From a virus (lineage: Duplodnaviria > Caudoviricetes), in IMG/VR virus record IMGVR_UViG_3300025909_000005: DNA of 64,000 nucleotides; one strand, written 5' to 3'. Both the position numbers and the translations under genes were made by a program. How positions within the stretch are numbered: position 1 is the first letter of the stretch; each line of letters starts with the position of its first letter. The notes under the pieces were generated by a model that saw nothing but the letters and a program-made list of their open reading frames with translations, made no database searches and was not told the DNA's origin. Below are positions 18,757 to 28,601 of the stretch, one piece after another.

Positions 18757-20154
18757 ATGACAGAAGAAATCATCATCGTGGATGACGGCACAGCTGTGGC
18801 CGAGCGCATCAGGGAACTCATCGCTGAAGCAGTGGCAGACGGCCGCAAGCTCGTCACTGTTCGTACCATCGACGCGATCAACGACATCCCCGGTGCCGAC
18901 CTCATCAAGGTCGCACAGATCGAGGGCTGGCAGGTCGTCGTGAAGGCCGGCGAGTTCAACGTCGGAGACCCGTGCGTCTTCTTCGAGGTCGACGCGTTCC
19001 TGCAGCTGAGTGACCCGCGCTTCGCGTTCCTTGAGAAGAACGCCATCACGTGGCACGGTATTCGTGGTGCTCGCCTCAAGACCATTCGCCTGCGCAAGCA
19101 GCTGTCGCAGGGTCTCGCGCTGCCGCTGAAGGACTTCCCAGAGATCATCGCTGAGTGGGACCGTCTCTGCAACGAGCCGGGCGTGAAGGCCGCCAACACG
19201 ACCATTCGTGACGTGAACTTCACTGGCGTCGTTGGCGTCATGAAGTGGGAGAAGATCATGAGCGCCCAGCTGGCTGGTCAGGCTCGTGGCAACTTCCCAT
19301 CCTTCATCCAGAAGTCGGACCAGGAGCGTGCGCAGAACATGGGCGACCGCATCTTCAGCTACGACGAGCAGCTGCGTCCAGTCGACATCAGCGGCATCTC
19401 GATGGAGCAGCTGACCCTCGCCTTCGACGCGAAGCGTATCATCGAGAAGAACGGCCAGTACTTCACGGTCGTGCCGCCGCGTGCCTCACGTGAGACGCGC
19501 TACGACATCACCATCAAGCTCGATGGCAGCTCCATGACGATGTACTGCCGCCTGCCGGACAGCGAAGGTGACATGCTCATCAAGGATGCCGAAGGCAACG
19601 TCATCGGCAACGGCGTGCAGTCAGGCGTCTGCTCTCGCAACCTCGACCTCAAGATCGAGGGCAACGAAGGCAACTCGTTCGTCGACATGGCGCAGAGCGG
19701 CATGCTCGATCAGCTGGTCGAGTACTGCAAGCGGACTGGTCGCAGCCTCGCGCTGCAGGGCGAGCTCATGGGTCCTGGCATTCAGGGCAACCGTGAAGGC
19801 CTGACTGAGAACAAGTTCTTCCTCTACAACATCTTCAACATCAACACGGGCGTCTACCTCGCTCCTGAAGAACGTTACAAGGTGCTGGCAGAGATCAACG
19901 CCCTCGCAGATGAAGGCATCGACCCGCGCTTCAAGTACATCGCGCACGTGCCGGTTCTCTTCCCGACCGAGCGGTTCGGGGATAACGGCATGAGCCTTGC
20001 TGAACTTGGCATCACCGACATGGCATCGCTGCTGAAGTTCGCCGAAGGCAAGTCACTGCACAACGCCGTGCGTGAAGGTCTCGTCTTCAAGGCGTACGAC
20101 GGCACGCACCAGTTCAAGGTGATCAGCAACCTCTACCTCGAACAGGAGAAGTAA
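18757..20154 (+). CDS. RNA ligase (Rnl2/DRB0094-like) with N-terminal OB-like domain
   Basis: KLDGSS motif I, LQGELMG, REGLVFK, FKVISNLYL. Confidence 0.85.
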   Translation: MTEEIIIVDDGTAVAERIRELIAEAVADGRKLVTVRTIDAINDIPGADLIKVAQIEGWQVVVKAGEFNVGDPCVFFEVDAFLQLSDPRFAFLEKNAITWHGIRGARLKTIRLRKQLSQGLALPLKDFPEIIAEWDRLCNEPGVKAANTTIRDVNFTGVVGVMKWEKIMSAQLAGQARGNFPSFIQKSDQERAQNMGDRIFSYDEQLRPVDISGISMEQLTLAFDAKRIIEKNGQYFTVVPPRASRETRYDITIKLDGSSMTMYCRLPDSEGDMLIKDAEGNVIGNGVQSGVCSRNLDLKIEGNEGNSFVDMAQSGMLDQLVEYCKRTGRSLALQGELMGPGIQGNREGLTENKFFLYNIFNINTGVYLAPEERYKVLAEINALADEGIDPRFKYIAHVPVLFPTERFGDNGMSLAELGITDMASLLKFAEGKSLHNAVREGLVFKAYDGTHQFKVISNLYLEQEK

Positions 20155-20240
20155 GTCAACCTGCGTTTTCATCCTGAGGTGTTGTACTGCCTCAGGATGA
20201 CGTGGTAGAATTGCTTTATCAGATCAACACAGGAATGAAC

Positions 20241-20906
20241 ATGGGTATTCTCGACACACTCAAAGGCTCCCTCTTCGAGGATGACGGCTCGACGCCGGCA
20301 GCCCCGCAAAAGGTGGCCCCCGCCCCGGTAACGGCGGCTCCACAGGCGGCACGTGCAACGTCCACGTACACGCCGGGCCCCGTGCTCAACCAGGCCATGG
20401 TCGACAAGATCCTCAGCCAGACGATGGCGCGCAACACGGCGCTGACCGCCCTCATCAAGGCGGCAGATGCCCTCAGCGACGTCATTCCCGACCAGACGAT
20501 GCGCCTCAAGGCAGCACAGCGCACCGCTGGTGCTGGCCGCTCGGGCCAGGACATCGCTGCCGCCGTGGACATCCACCTGAACGACGTCGACATGGCGGAA
20601 CGCACGTTCTCGTCGATGGTCCAGAAGGAAGTGGACACGCAGGCCGGCGGTCTGAAGACCCAAGCGCAGGCCGCCGAGGCGACCGTATCGAACAAGCAGG
20701 CCGAGCTCCAGCGCGCACAGGACACGATCGCGCGCCTCACGCAGGAAATCGCCGACGCGCAGCACGCCGCATCTGACCTCGCCGCTCAGGCGTCGCAGAA
20801 GGAATCCGAGCTGCGCCAGTCCGAGACCGAATTCAAGGCCGCCGCACAAGCCGTGCGCGACCAGCTGAACGGTCAGAAGCAAACCATTCTCTCAACTCTC
20901 GGCTAA
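20241..20906 (+). CDS. coiled-coil protein, first gene of the transporter-like cluster
   Basis: Ala/Gln-rich helical C-terminus; SD AGGA. Confidence 0.7.
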   Translation: MGILDTLKGSLFEDDGSTPAAPQKVAPAPVTAAPQAARATSTYTPGPVLNQAMVDKILSQTMARNTALTALIKAADALSDVIPDQTMRLKAAQRTAGAGRSGQDIAAAVDIHLNDVDMAERTFSSMVQKEVDTQAGGLKTQAQAAEATVSNKQAELQRAQDTIARLTQEIADAQHAASDLAAQASQKESELRQSETEFKAAAQAVRDQLNGQKQTILSTLG

Positions 20907-20925
20907 GCCGAAAAGGAAACCAAAC

Positions 20926-21948
20926 ATGGACGAACTCACCACCAAGCCGAAGTCCTTCTGGGAACGGCCTGAAGGCACCACCGGCATGCTCGTCATCGGC
21001 GGCATCCTGGTCGGCCTCTTCTTCCTCGGCGACACGCTGATGCGGCTGTTCAACACCGCCATCACGCTCGTCGGCCAGGCGATCACCCTCACGATCCTCG
21101 GCTCGATCCTCTTCGCGCTGATCATGATCGTCACGAACAAGAAGTTCCAGACGCTCATCGGCTACATGTTCAAGTCGGCGATGCGGAAGATCACCGGCCT
21201 GTTCGTGGAGATCGACCCGATCGGCATCATGAAGTCGTACATCGAGGACCTGCGGAAGAAGCAGGAAACGATGGACGAGTCGATCGCGAAGCTGAACGGC
21301 CAAGTGAAGATCTGCCAGAAGCAAGTCGACACGAACAAGGCCGAGTACGACCAGCAGATGGCAACGGCAAAGGTCGCGAAGGACAAGAACATGACGTCCG
21401 CACTGACCGTCGCCAGCCGCCAAGCCGGCCGCCTGCAGAAGCTGAACTCCACCTCACTCGAGCCGCTGCTCCTGCAGATGACGATCCACCTGAAGGCACT
21501 GCGCAAGTACCGCGAGGTGACCGACACGGTGATCGCCGACCTGGCCAACGAGGTCAAGGCGCAGGAGATGCAGCGTGACATGATCCGTACATCGTACAAC
21601 GCCATGTCGACCGCCAAGAAGATCCTCATGGGCGGCACCGACGAGAAGGAGCTGTTCGACATGGCCATGGAATCCACGGTCAACGACTACGGCATGAAGA
21701 TGGGCGAAATCGAGAACTTCATCGAGAACTCGAAGGGCTTCGTCGACACGCTCGACCTCCAGAACGGCGTCTACCAGGAAGACGCGCTGAAGAAGCTGCA
21801 AGAGTGGGAGTCCCGTGCGGACAGCATCCTGCTCGGTAACGAGAAGCAGAAGATGCTCGAGCAGACGACGATGTCCTCGCCGGTCGCCACTGGCATCGGC
21901 CTGCCGGCAGCCGCTGACAACGACTTCGCCTCGCTACTGCGCCGCTAA
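20926..21948 (+). CDS. membrane-anchored long coiled-coil protein (PspA/IM30-like architecture)
   Basis: two N-terminal TM helices then about 250 aa of coiled coil. Confidence 0.65.
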   Translation: MDELTTKPKSFWERPEGTTGMLVIGGILVGLFFLGDTLMRLFNTAITLVGQAITLTILGSILFALIMIVTNKKFQTLIGYMFKSAMRKITGLFVEIDPIGIMKSYIEDLRKKQETMDESIAKLNGQVKICQKQVDTNKAEYDQQMATAKVAKDKNMTSALTVASRQAGRLQKLNSTSLEPLLLQMTIHLKALRKYREVTDTVIADLANEVKAQEMQRDMIRTSYNAMSTAKKILMGGTDEKELFDMAMESTVNDYGMKMGEIENFIENSKGFVDTLDLQNGVYQEDALKKLQEWESRADSILLGNEKQKMLEQTTMSSPVATGIGLPAAADNDFASLLRR

Positions 21949-22053
21949 AATAGCTAACACGTTCCAGGTCGGTGAGTTATAATGACTCATCGGCCTTGCG
22001 CTGATAGAGAAGTCTGACAGGACTTAGTTTCATCAACTTTGTAGGAAAATTTC

Positions 22054-23727
22054 ATGGCAAAACTCAAGGCGGCCCCAAAGGCCATTCTGATCGCCGCTGT
22101 GCTGGGCATCGCCGGTTACGGCGTCCACGCAGCGATGAATGCGGGCTACTTCAAGCCGAAGGCAACCATCGCGTCGTCCGTCCCGGACAAGATCGACCTG
22201 CCGACCGCAGGCGCGAACTCCACCACGACCTCCGGCACCGTGATCGCCCCGATCACCGCCAACTCGGCCGACACCGTCAAGGTCGACACCCTCGCGTGGA
22301 ACGCGACGATGGGCATGCACTACGCCAACGGCGGCGTGGACACGGCGAGCGGCTCGCTCATGGACAAGCACGGCCTGAAGGTGCATCTCGTCCGCCAGGA
22401 CGACTACAGCAAGATGGTCGCTGACCTCGCGCTGAACGCCAAGGACCCTTCGCAGGGCGCCAACTTCGTCGTCATCATGGGCGACGGCTACCCGGCCTTC
22501 GTCAAGGGCGCGAACGACGCGCTCAAGCAGTTCAACACCTCCGCCGAAGTCGTCGGCTCGCTCGGCTACAGCCGCGGCGAAGACAAGTGCGTGATCGACG
22601 CGAACGCCTCCCCGAAGGGCGCCCTGATCGCCGGCGTGCTCGGTGACGGCGACATCAACATCTGCATCAAGTACGCCTCCGACAACGGCATCGTCGTCAA
22701 CAGCGACCCGAAGACCTACGACCCGAACGCGATGAACTTCGTCGGCGTGTCGGCCTTCACCGATGCTGACCAGAAGTTCATCGCCGGCGCCAGCGACCGC
22801 GGCCACACGATCAACGGCACCGCCACCTGGACGCCGGGCGACGTGAACGTCTACGACCACCACCCGAACATCAAGGTCCTCGCCTCCACGAAGGAGTACG
22901 CGTGGCAGATGCCGGCCGTCGTGATCGGCAACAAGGCCTGGATGGCCGCTCACCCCGACGTCGTGAAGGCCTTCCTCGCGGCTTCGTTCGAAGGTGGCGA
23001 AGCAGTTCGCTCCGATGACAGCGCCCTGCTGAAGGGTGCCGCAGTCGAAGCCAAGGTCTACGGCGAGCAAGACGCGAACTACTGGGCGACGTACTTCAAG
23101 GGCACCACGAAGGGTGGCATCGCACTGGGCGGCTCGACGACCAGCGGCCTCGCCGACAACGCCTTCCTGTTCGGCCTGAAGGGCAACGACAACCTGTACA
23201 AGAAGGTCTACGACGTCTACGGCAAGATCGCGGTGAAGTACTTCCCTGACAACCTGCCGGCCCTCGTGCCCTACGGTCAAGTCGTGAACACCACCTACGT
23301 GCAGGCCCTGCTCGACTCGGCAACGAACGTCGGTGAAGCAGCGAAGCCGGTCTACGGTGGTCAGAAGTCGGAAGTCGTGGCGAACAAGAGCTACAGCATC
23401 GAGTTCGAAACGGGCAAGGCGACCCTGAAGCCGGCGTCGATCGCGGTCCTCAACGACCTGCTCGACCAGATCGCGGTCTCCAGCCTGAGCGTTCAAGTGA
23501 ACGGCCACACCGACAACGTCGGCGACCCGAACGCGAACCTCGCCCTGTCGAAGGCACGTGCCGAAACGGTGAAGCAGTTCCTGATGGCCAACGCCAGCGG
23601 CAACTTCCCGTCGGAACGCATCACGACCCGCGGTTACGGTGACACCCAGCCGGTCGCCGACAACTCGACCGCTGCCGGCAAGGCGAAGAACCGCCGCGTC
23701 GAAGTCGTGCTCTTCAGCACGAAGTAA
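22054..23727 (+). CDS. periplasmic substrate-binding protein (NMT1/SsuA-like) fused to an OmpA C-terminal peptidoglycan-binding domain
   Basis: N-terminal anchor; C-terminal IEFETGKA..GHTDNVG...NLALSKARAETV...GYGDTQPVADN....KNRRVE. Confidence 0.85.
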   Translation: MAKLKAAPKAILIAAVLGIAGYGVHAAMNAGYFKPKATIASSVPDKIDLPTAGANSTTTSGTVIAPITANSADTVKVDTLAWNATMGMHYANGGVDTASGSLMDKHGLKVHLVRQDDYSKMVADLALNAKDPSQGANFVVIMGDGYPAFVKGANDALKQFNTSAEVVGSLGYSRGEDKCVIDANASPKGALIAGVLGDGDINICIKYASDNGIVVNSDPKTYDPNAMNFVGVSAFTDADQKFIAGASDRGHTINGTATWTPGDVNVYDHHPNIKVLASTKEYAWQMPAVVIGNKAWMAAHPDVVKAFLAASFEGGEAVRSDDSALLKGAAVEAKVYGEQDANYWATYFKGTTKGGIALGGSTTSGLADNAFLFGLKGNDNLYKKVYDVYGKIAVKYFPDNLPALVPYGQVVNTTYVQALLDSATNVGEAAKPVYGGQKSEVVANKSYSIEFETGKATLKPASIAVLNDLLDQIAVSSLSVQVNGHTDNVGDPNANLALSKARAETVKQFLMANASGNFPSERITTRGYGDTQPVADNSTAAGKAKNRRVEVVLFSTK

Positions 23728-23732
23728 GACCT

Positions 23733-23763
23733 GAAGGAGAGAGTCGGGAGACTCTCTCCTCTT
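23733..23763 (+). terminator. strong hairpin / terminator
   Basis: GAAGGAGAGAGTC-loop-GACTCTCTCCTTC. Confidence 0.55.
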
Positions 23764-23804
23764 CTCGTTGTAGCTGACTACCCGTGTGGGTAATGGAAAA
23801 GACA

Positions 23805-24590
23805 ATGTTCACCACTCTCCTCGTACCGTTTGCGCAAGGCAGGAAGTTCAGCCTCAAGTTTCTTGCAGCGGTTCAACTCGCGATTCTCGCGGCCATCTGG
23901 GTCGTGTTGCCTGCCTCGACTGGCATCCCATCCCCAACAGACATCGGCTCGGCGTGGCAAACGCTGGCCACAACTCAAGGTCTTCTCCTTGAGCTCATGA
24001 AATCCGTGGTGGTGATTTGGGAGGCGCTGATCCTGTCAGCAGCATTTTCCTTCGGTGTCGCCTATCTCACCACTGCGGACATTTTCAAGCCAGCAGGCAC
24101 GATGATCGCTTCGATGCGGTTCCTCGGCTTCGCTGGTCTCACGTTCCTCTTCACGATGTGGACGTCGAGCGGGCAGAACCTCAAGCTTGCGCTGCTGACC
24201 TTCGGCATGACGGTTTTCCTGACCCGCTCCACCATCGATGACGTCAAGAGCATCCCGCTGGAGTCCATCGACTACGCTCGTTCGCTCGGCCTCCGAGGCT
24301 GGCGCATCACCTACGAGATGGCAGTTCGTGGCCGTCTCCATGCGATGCTCGACCTCGTGCGACAGAACGCAGCAGTTGGTTGGACCCTCATCGTGATGGT
24401 CGAAGGCCTGGTTCGCAGCGACGGTGGTATCGGCGCTATGCTCCTGATCCAAGGCAAGTACTTCAACCTCGCGTCAGTGTTCGCCATTCAGCTCACCATT
24501 CTGACGTACGGCATCGTTCAGGACATCCTGCTGAACCTTCTCCGGGCGATCGTGTGCCCATACACTGAACTGAACCGGAGCGACAAGTGA
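23805..24590 (+). CDS. ABC transporter permease (NitT/TauT-type)
   Basis: multiple TM helices; EAA-like loop ESIDYARSLG. Confidence 0.85.
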   Translation: MFTTLLVPFAQGRKFSLKFLAAVQLAILAAIWVVLPASTGIPSPTDIGSAWQTLATTQGLLLELMKSVVVIWEALILSAAFSFGVAYLTTADIFKPAGTMIASMRFLGFAGLTFLFTMWTSSGQNLKLALLTFGMTVFLTRSTIDDVKSIPLESIDYARSLGLRGWRITYEMAVRGRLHAMLDLVRQNAAVGWTLIVMVEGLVRSDGGIGAMLLIQGKYFNLASVFAIQLTILTYGIVQDILLNLLRAIVCPYTELNRSDK

Positions 24591-24754
24591 TCGACGACGA
24601 CGATGATGATGATGAAATCATTGAGCACGAAATCAACATCACGGTGCGGTTTCGTGGTACAATGTCAGAGTACGAGGCAGTTGCCGACTGCGTGTGCGAC
24701 GCTGAGTCCATGATCAGTGAATTCATCTCTCAACTCGGCTGCGAGGAACTCTGA
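24587..24754 (+). CDS. small acidic protein (55 aa)
   Basis: GTGA overlap; poly-Asp start. Confidence 0.45.
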   Translation: MIDDDDDDDEIIEHEINITVRFRGTMSEYEAVADCVCDAESMISEFISQLGCEEL

Positions 24755-25065
24755 TGACTAAGCCTTTTACCCCACGTGATGCAGTCGCCGCTCATGCGGA
24801 AACCATTCCAGACCTCGTGATCGATGTCGTCAACGGCCTTCTGGCGGAGGAAAGCCGTGGCACCAGCCGTCGCATCACCTTCACGTCGAAGGAAGTGTCG
24901 AAGCGTATCAAGGCCCTACTCCCAGACCATGTCAAGTTCGAGGACCGCTGGCTCGACTTCGAGGGCGTCTACCGACGTTACGGCTGGAAGGTGTCCTATG
25001 ACGGACCCGGTTACAACGAGTCGTACGATGGCTTCTACATCTTCGAGAAGAAAGACGAGGACTGA
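24754..25065 (+). CDS. hypothetical protein
   Basis: TGATG coupling. Confidence 0.7.
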   Translation: MTKPFTPRDAVAAHAETIPDLVIDVVNGLLAEESRGTSRRITFTSKEVSKRIKALLPDHVKFEDRWLDFEGVYRRYGWKVSYDGPGYNESYDGFYIFEKKDED

Positions 25066-25307
25066 TGGCCTACTCAACCCCTGGCGTCTCCATCTACTGC
25101 ACCATCTACGCGACGATCAACGATCGCGTAGAGGAGTTCAAGAACAAGAAGGGCGAGATCGAGGCGCGCACCATCGAAGGTGAAAAGGTCTGCGAGATGC
25201 TGAACGTCGGCCTGACGCCAGGCGCCTTCCACTCCCTCTACACCCAGTTCAAGCGGCAGCACCCGACAGCTGTCGTCCGCTTTGGCAAGGAATACAAGCC
25301 ATCATGA
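25065..25307 (+). CDS. hypothetical protein
   Basis: TGATG coupling. Confidence 0.65.
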   Translation: MAYSTPGVSIYCTIYATINDRVEEFKNKKGEIEARTIEGEKVCEMLNVGLTPGAFHSLYTQFKRQHPTAVVRFGKEYKPS

Positions 25308-26095
25308 GCACCACCCGACAGTACCGCTACGCCGATCGTCTGATGACGATCGAGGGACTCAACCTCTCGTACGGCAGCAAGACGATCCTTCGCGACATCA
25401 ACCTCGTGATCGACGACATCATCCGCCCAGAGATCACGCAGGGCCAATGCGTCGCGCTGCTCGGCCCCTCGGGCATCGGCAAGACGCAACTCTTTCGCTG
25501 CATCGCAGGCCTACAGCGCCCCACGTCTGGCATCGTCCGGATCAATGGTGACAAGGACCACGTGAAGGCTGGTGAGATCGGTGTGGTTCAACAGAGCTAC
25601 CCATTGCTCGCTCACCGCACGATCCTCAGCAACCTTCTGCTCGTGAACAAGGACAAGTCGAAGGTGATAGAGCTCCTCACTCGCTTCGGCCTCGAGGAGC
25701 ACGCGGACAAGTACCCCATTCAGCTGTCAGGTGGTCAGCGTCAACGCGTCGCGATCATCCAGCAGATGGTCTGCTCACGCCACTTCCTGCTGATGGACGA
25801 GCCGTTCTCGGGCCTCGACATCATCGCGAAGGACAAGGTCTGCAGCCTCATCAACGAGGTCAACCACGTCGACGAGCTGAACACGACCATCTTCACGACC
25901 CACGACCTCGAGTCCAGTGTACAGATCGCTGACCACATCTGGGTCCTTGGTCGCGAGAAGGACAAGCCTGGTGCCACCGTCATCAAGACGATCGACCTCA
26001 TCGAGCGAGACCTCGCCTGGTCACCGGACATCACGAAGCACCCCAACTTCCAACCAACGGTGAACGAGCTCAAGGAGCTCTTCAAGACGCTATGA
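25304..26095 (+). CDS. ABC transporter ATP-binding protein (NitT/TauT-type)
   Basis: Walker A GPSGIGKT, signature LSGGQRQR, Walker B LLMDEPFS, H-loop. Confidence 0.93.
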   Translation: MSTTRQYRYADRLMTIEGLNLSYGSKTILRDINLVIDDIIRPEITQGQCVALLGPSGIGKTQLFRCIAGLQRPTSGIVRINGDKDHVKAGEIGVVQQSYPLLAHRTILSNLLLVNKDKSKVIELLTRFGLEEHADKYPIQLSGGQRQRVAIIQQMVCSRHFLLMDEPFSGLDIIAKDKVCSLINEVNHVDELNTTIFTTHDLESSVQIADHIWVLGREKDKPGATVIKTIDLIERDLAWSPDITKHPNFQPTVNELKELFKTL

Positions 26096-26433
26096 ACGGC
26101 GACACATACCACTTCAAGGCGCTCAAGCGCCACCTTCGCGTCTCCTCTATCGACGGCATCACACCGCTCCGCTACAGTGAGGAAGGTGGGCCTATCGACG
26201 TCTTCGGCGATGGCGTAGTCGAGCACGTGCCTGAATCAGGGTTTGCAAGCTTCTCCTTCCTGAGCGGTGGGCGGTGGCAAGAAGTCTCGATCAGCTTCGA
26301 CACAGAGACCTATCACCGCCGCGGCATCAAGGCCGAGAGCGTGTGGCCCGCTCTCCGCGCCTTCAAGGCGGACTACGAAGAGCTGGTTCGGCAATTCCAT
26401 GGGTGGTCGCGCCCTCGTCTGGCCATCGACTGA
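26092..26433 (+). CDS. hypothetical protein
   Basis: ATGA overlap. Confidence 0.6.
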   Translation: MNGDTYHFKALKRHLRVSSIDGITPLRYSEEGGPIDVFGDGVVEHVPESGFASFSFLSGGRWQEVSISFDTETYHRRGIKAESVWPALRAFKADYEELVRQFHGWSRPRLAID

Positions 26434-26506
26434 TCAACCTGCGTTTGTGAGTGTCTAACCTGTCACAGGTTGCTTACAATAGCTCATCAACAACCAAAAG
26501 GACATC

Positions 26507-27610
26507 ATGCCGAAGCTCAAGGTTCTCCCGAAGGCGCTCATCGTCGCTGCAGTCGTCGGTGGTGGCGCGTTCGCTGCCTACAAGTTCATGCCGAAGAAGA
26601 CCGAAGTGGCACAAGCCACTGAGACGGTCACGACCCCCGCTCCAGCTCCCGTCACCGTCGCGCAAGCACCGGTTCCCGCTCCCATCGCCCAGCCGCCTGC
26701 CGTCCAGAACGACGCACCTGCTGCAACCGAGGCAGCCACCATTCCCGGCCCGGGCGGCAAGCTCCCTGGTGCAGGCATCGCGTCCGGCCAGAAGACCGGC
26801 ACGAACTGGCCGATGGCCGAGAACATCGTCAAGGTCTGCTCGACGAGCGCCTACCCGCTGCGCAACGTCATCAGCGACGGCTCGATCGACAATCTCAACA
26901 AGATCTACACGGACCCGAACACGCAGTTCGGCATCGCGCAAGAAGATGCGATGGCCTACCAGAAGCAGATCGACCCGAAGATGATGTCGCGCGTTGTCGC
27001 CGTCTTCCCGTTCTTCTCGGTCGAAGTGCACGCGATCGCCGCCAACGGCTCACCGATCCACAACCTGGCCGACCTCGAAGGCAAGCGCGTCATCGAGGGC
27101 CCTGAAGGTTCCGGTACCTGGGTGACCACGCAGATCATCAAGCAGGTCACGGGCATCCACTGGCAGACCGTCGAGGGCAACCTCTCCCAGAAGGACGGCC
27201 TCAAGGCCGTCGAGACCGGCGCCGCAGACGTTGAGTTCATCGTCGCTGGCCAGCCGATCCAAGTCCTCACCGGCGCGAGCGGCATCCAGCTCGTCAACAT
27301 CAAGGATCCGCGTCTCGACAAGTACGGCTACTACACGAAGACGATGCTCCCGACGGGCACGTACCCATGGCAGAGCCAGCCCGTCTCGACCTACAAGGTC
27401 AACAACGTGCTCGCGACGTTCGCGTACAAGTCGCAGTACCAGAAGGAAATCGGCGACCTTGTCGGCTGCATCACGAAGAACATGGACCAGCTGCAGGCAA
27501 CCGGTCACCCGAAGTGGCGCGACGTCGACCCGCTGGACATCGATCGCGTGAAGTGGCCGGTTCACCCCGCCGCCGTGGCCGCCATCAAGCGTGAAGCGAA
27601 GCACAAGTGA
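26507..27610 (+). CDS. TAXI-family (TRAP-associated) solute-binding protein
   Basis: GSIDNL, FGIAQED, DLEGKRV..GPEGSGT motifs; N-terminal anchor and Pro/Ala linker. Confidence 0.8.
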   Translation: MPKLKVLPKALIVAAVVGGGAFAAYKFMPKKTEVAQATETVTTPAPAPVTVAQAPVPAPIAQPPAVQNDAPAATEAATIPGPGGKLPGAGIASGQKTGTNWPMAENIVKVCSTSAYPLRNVISDGSIDNLNKIYTDPNTQFGIAQEDAMAYQKQIDPKMMSRVVAVFPFFSVEVHAIAANGSPIHNLADLEGKRVIEGPEGSGTWVTTQIIKQVTGIHWQTVEGNLSQKDGLKAVETGAADVEFIVAGQPIQVLTGASGIQLVNIKDPRLDKYGYYTKTMLPTGTYPWQSQPVSTYKVNNVLATFAYKSQYQKEIGDLVGCITKNMDQLQATGHPKWRDVDPLDIDRVKWPVHPAAVAAIKREAKHK

Positions 27611-27804
27611 GCGAGTTCCGCGCGATCTTCGAAGGTAGAGGGCAGGGCTTGCACAACACAAGCCTGACCCTCGAGCTGGATGGCGAGGACATCTACTACT
27701 TTCGGGCCGACGACATCGGCTACAACGGACTCGACTCGATCGCGATCATGTACCACAACATCGCCGTCAAGCTCGGCCACACCTACGTGGAGCAGGATCG
27801 ATGA
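27607..27804 (+). CDS. hypothetical protein
   Basis: GTGA overlap. Confidence 0.55.
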   Translation: MSEFRAIFEGRGQGLHNTSLTLELDGEDIYYFRADDIGYNGLDSIAIMYHNIAVKLGHTYVEQDR

Positions 27805-28022
27805 GCGCCAAGTCTGAGGCTGCAGGAGTCGCCAGCAAGTTCATGGATCGCGCCATCAAGAAGCGTGAGAAGGAATGGAAAGAGGGTGATGCCTCCAACC
27901 CACCTCCACTGGGCTTGCTCATGACTGACGTCGCTGAGCTGATGGCGAGGGAGATCGTTCGGCTGCAGCGGAAGATTCACAAGCTGGAGAATCCTCCAGT
28001 GCCTGAAAGACCGTGGAAATGA
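27801..28022 (+). CDS. hypothetical protein
   Basis: ATGA overlap. Confidence 0.6.
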   Translation: MSAKSEAAGVASKFMDRAIKKREKEWKEGDASNPPPLGLLMTDVAELMAREIVRLQRKIHKLENPPVPERPWK

Positions 28023-28531
28023 AGTGGCCCCTCTTCTTTGCCTACATGGTTGCGTCGTACGTGGTTGGAACGTGGATCGGTGACACCTCTGACTCCATCT
28101 GGCTCTACGCGCTCATCACCGCACCAGGCACGTTCTTCCACGAGTCCATGCACTGGCTTACGGCAGCAGCGTTGCATGGCAATCCTGGAAGCATGCACCT
28201 GATTCCATCGGGTGACGCACTCGGGTACGTGGCTGTGGAGCCCAACTGGTACAACGCAGCCACGATCGGTGCAGCTCCACTCGTGCTCGCTCCCTTCGCC
28301 GGGCTCTTCCTTGGCCTTGCAACGAGTGCTGGCTTCTCGTGGAAGGCGCCGCTCTACCTGTACCTCGCCTGCTGCTCATGGGCAGCCTGCATTCCATCAG
28401 GCGCCGACTGGGAAATCGCCCGCTCTTCGGCAATTTCATGGCCAATTGCCCTCGTCATTCTTGGTTCACTCACCGCGCTTATCATCTGGCTGCTGATGCG
28501 CTGCGTGGGAACTCAGGATACAAAGCACTGA
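28019..28531 (+). CDS. membrane-embedded zinc metalloprotease-like protein (M50-like)
   Basis: HESMH (HExxH) within a hydrophobic segment; GAAP motif; several TM helices. Confidence 0.6.
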   Translation: MKWPLFFAYMVASYVVGTWIGDTSDSIWLYALITAPGTFFHESMHWLTAAALHGNPGSMHLIPSGDALGYVAVEPNWYNAATIGAAPLVLAPFAGLFLGLATSAGFSWKAPLYLYLACCSWAACIPSGADWEIARSSAISWPIALVILGSLTALIIWLLMRCVGTQDTKH

Positions 28532-28601
28532 ATCACCCTTTTGTGTTATAATGAACTAAGCGGTCGAACCGCGTCACCTACTTTCGTTTGGAGATTTTGA
28601 A

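Noticed and set aside
22033-23805. 590-aa minus-strand ORF (likewise 34932-36380, 12877-13521, 63072-63947 and similar)
   Set aside because: Antisense shadows of strongly C-ending-codon-biased plus-strand genes; no SD and no recognisable motifs.
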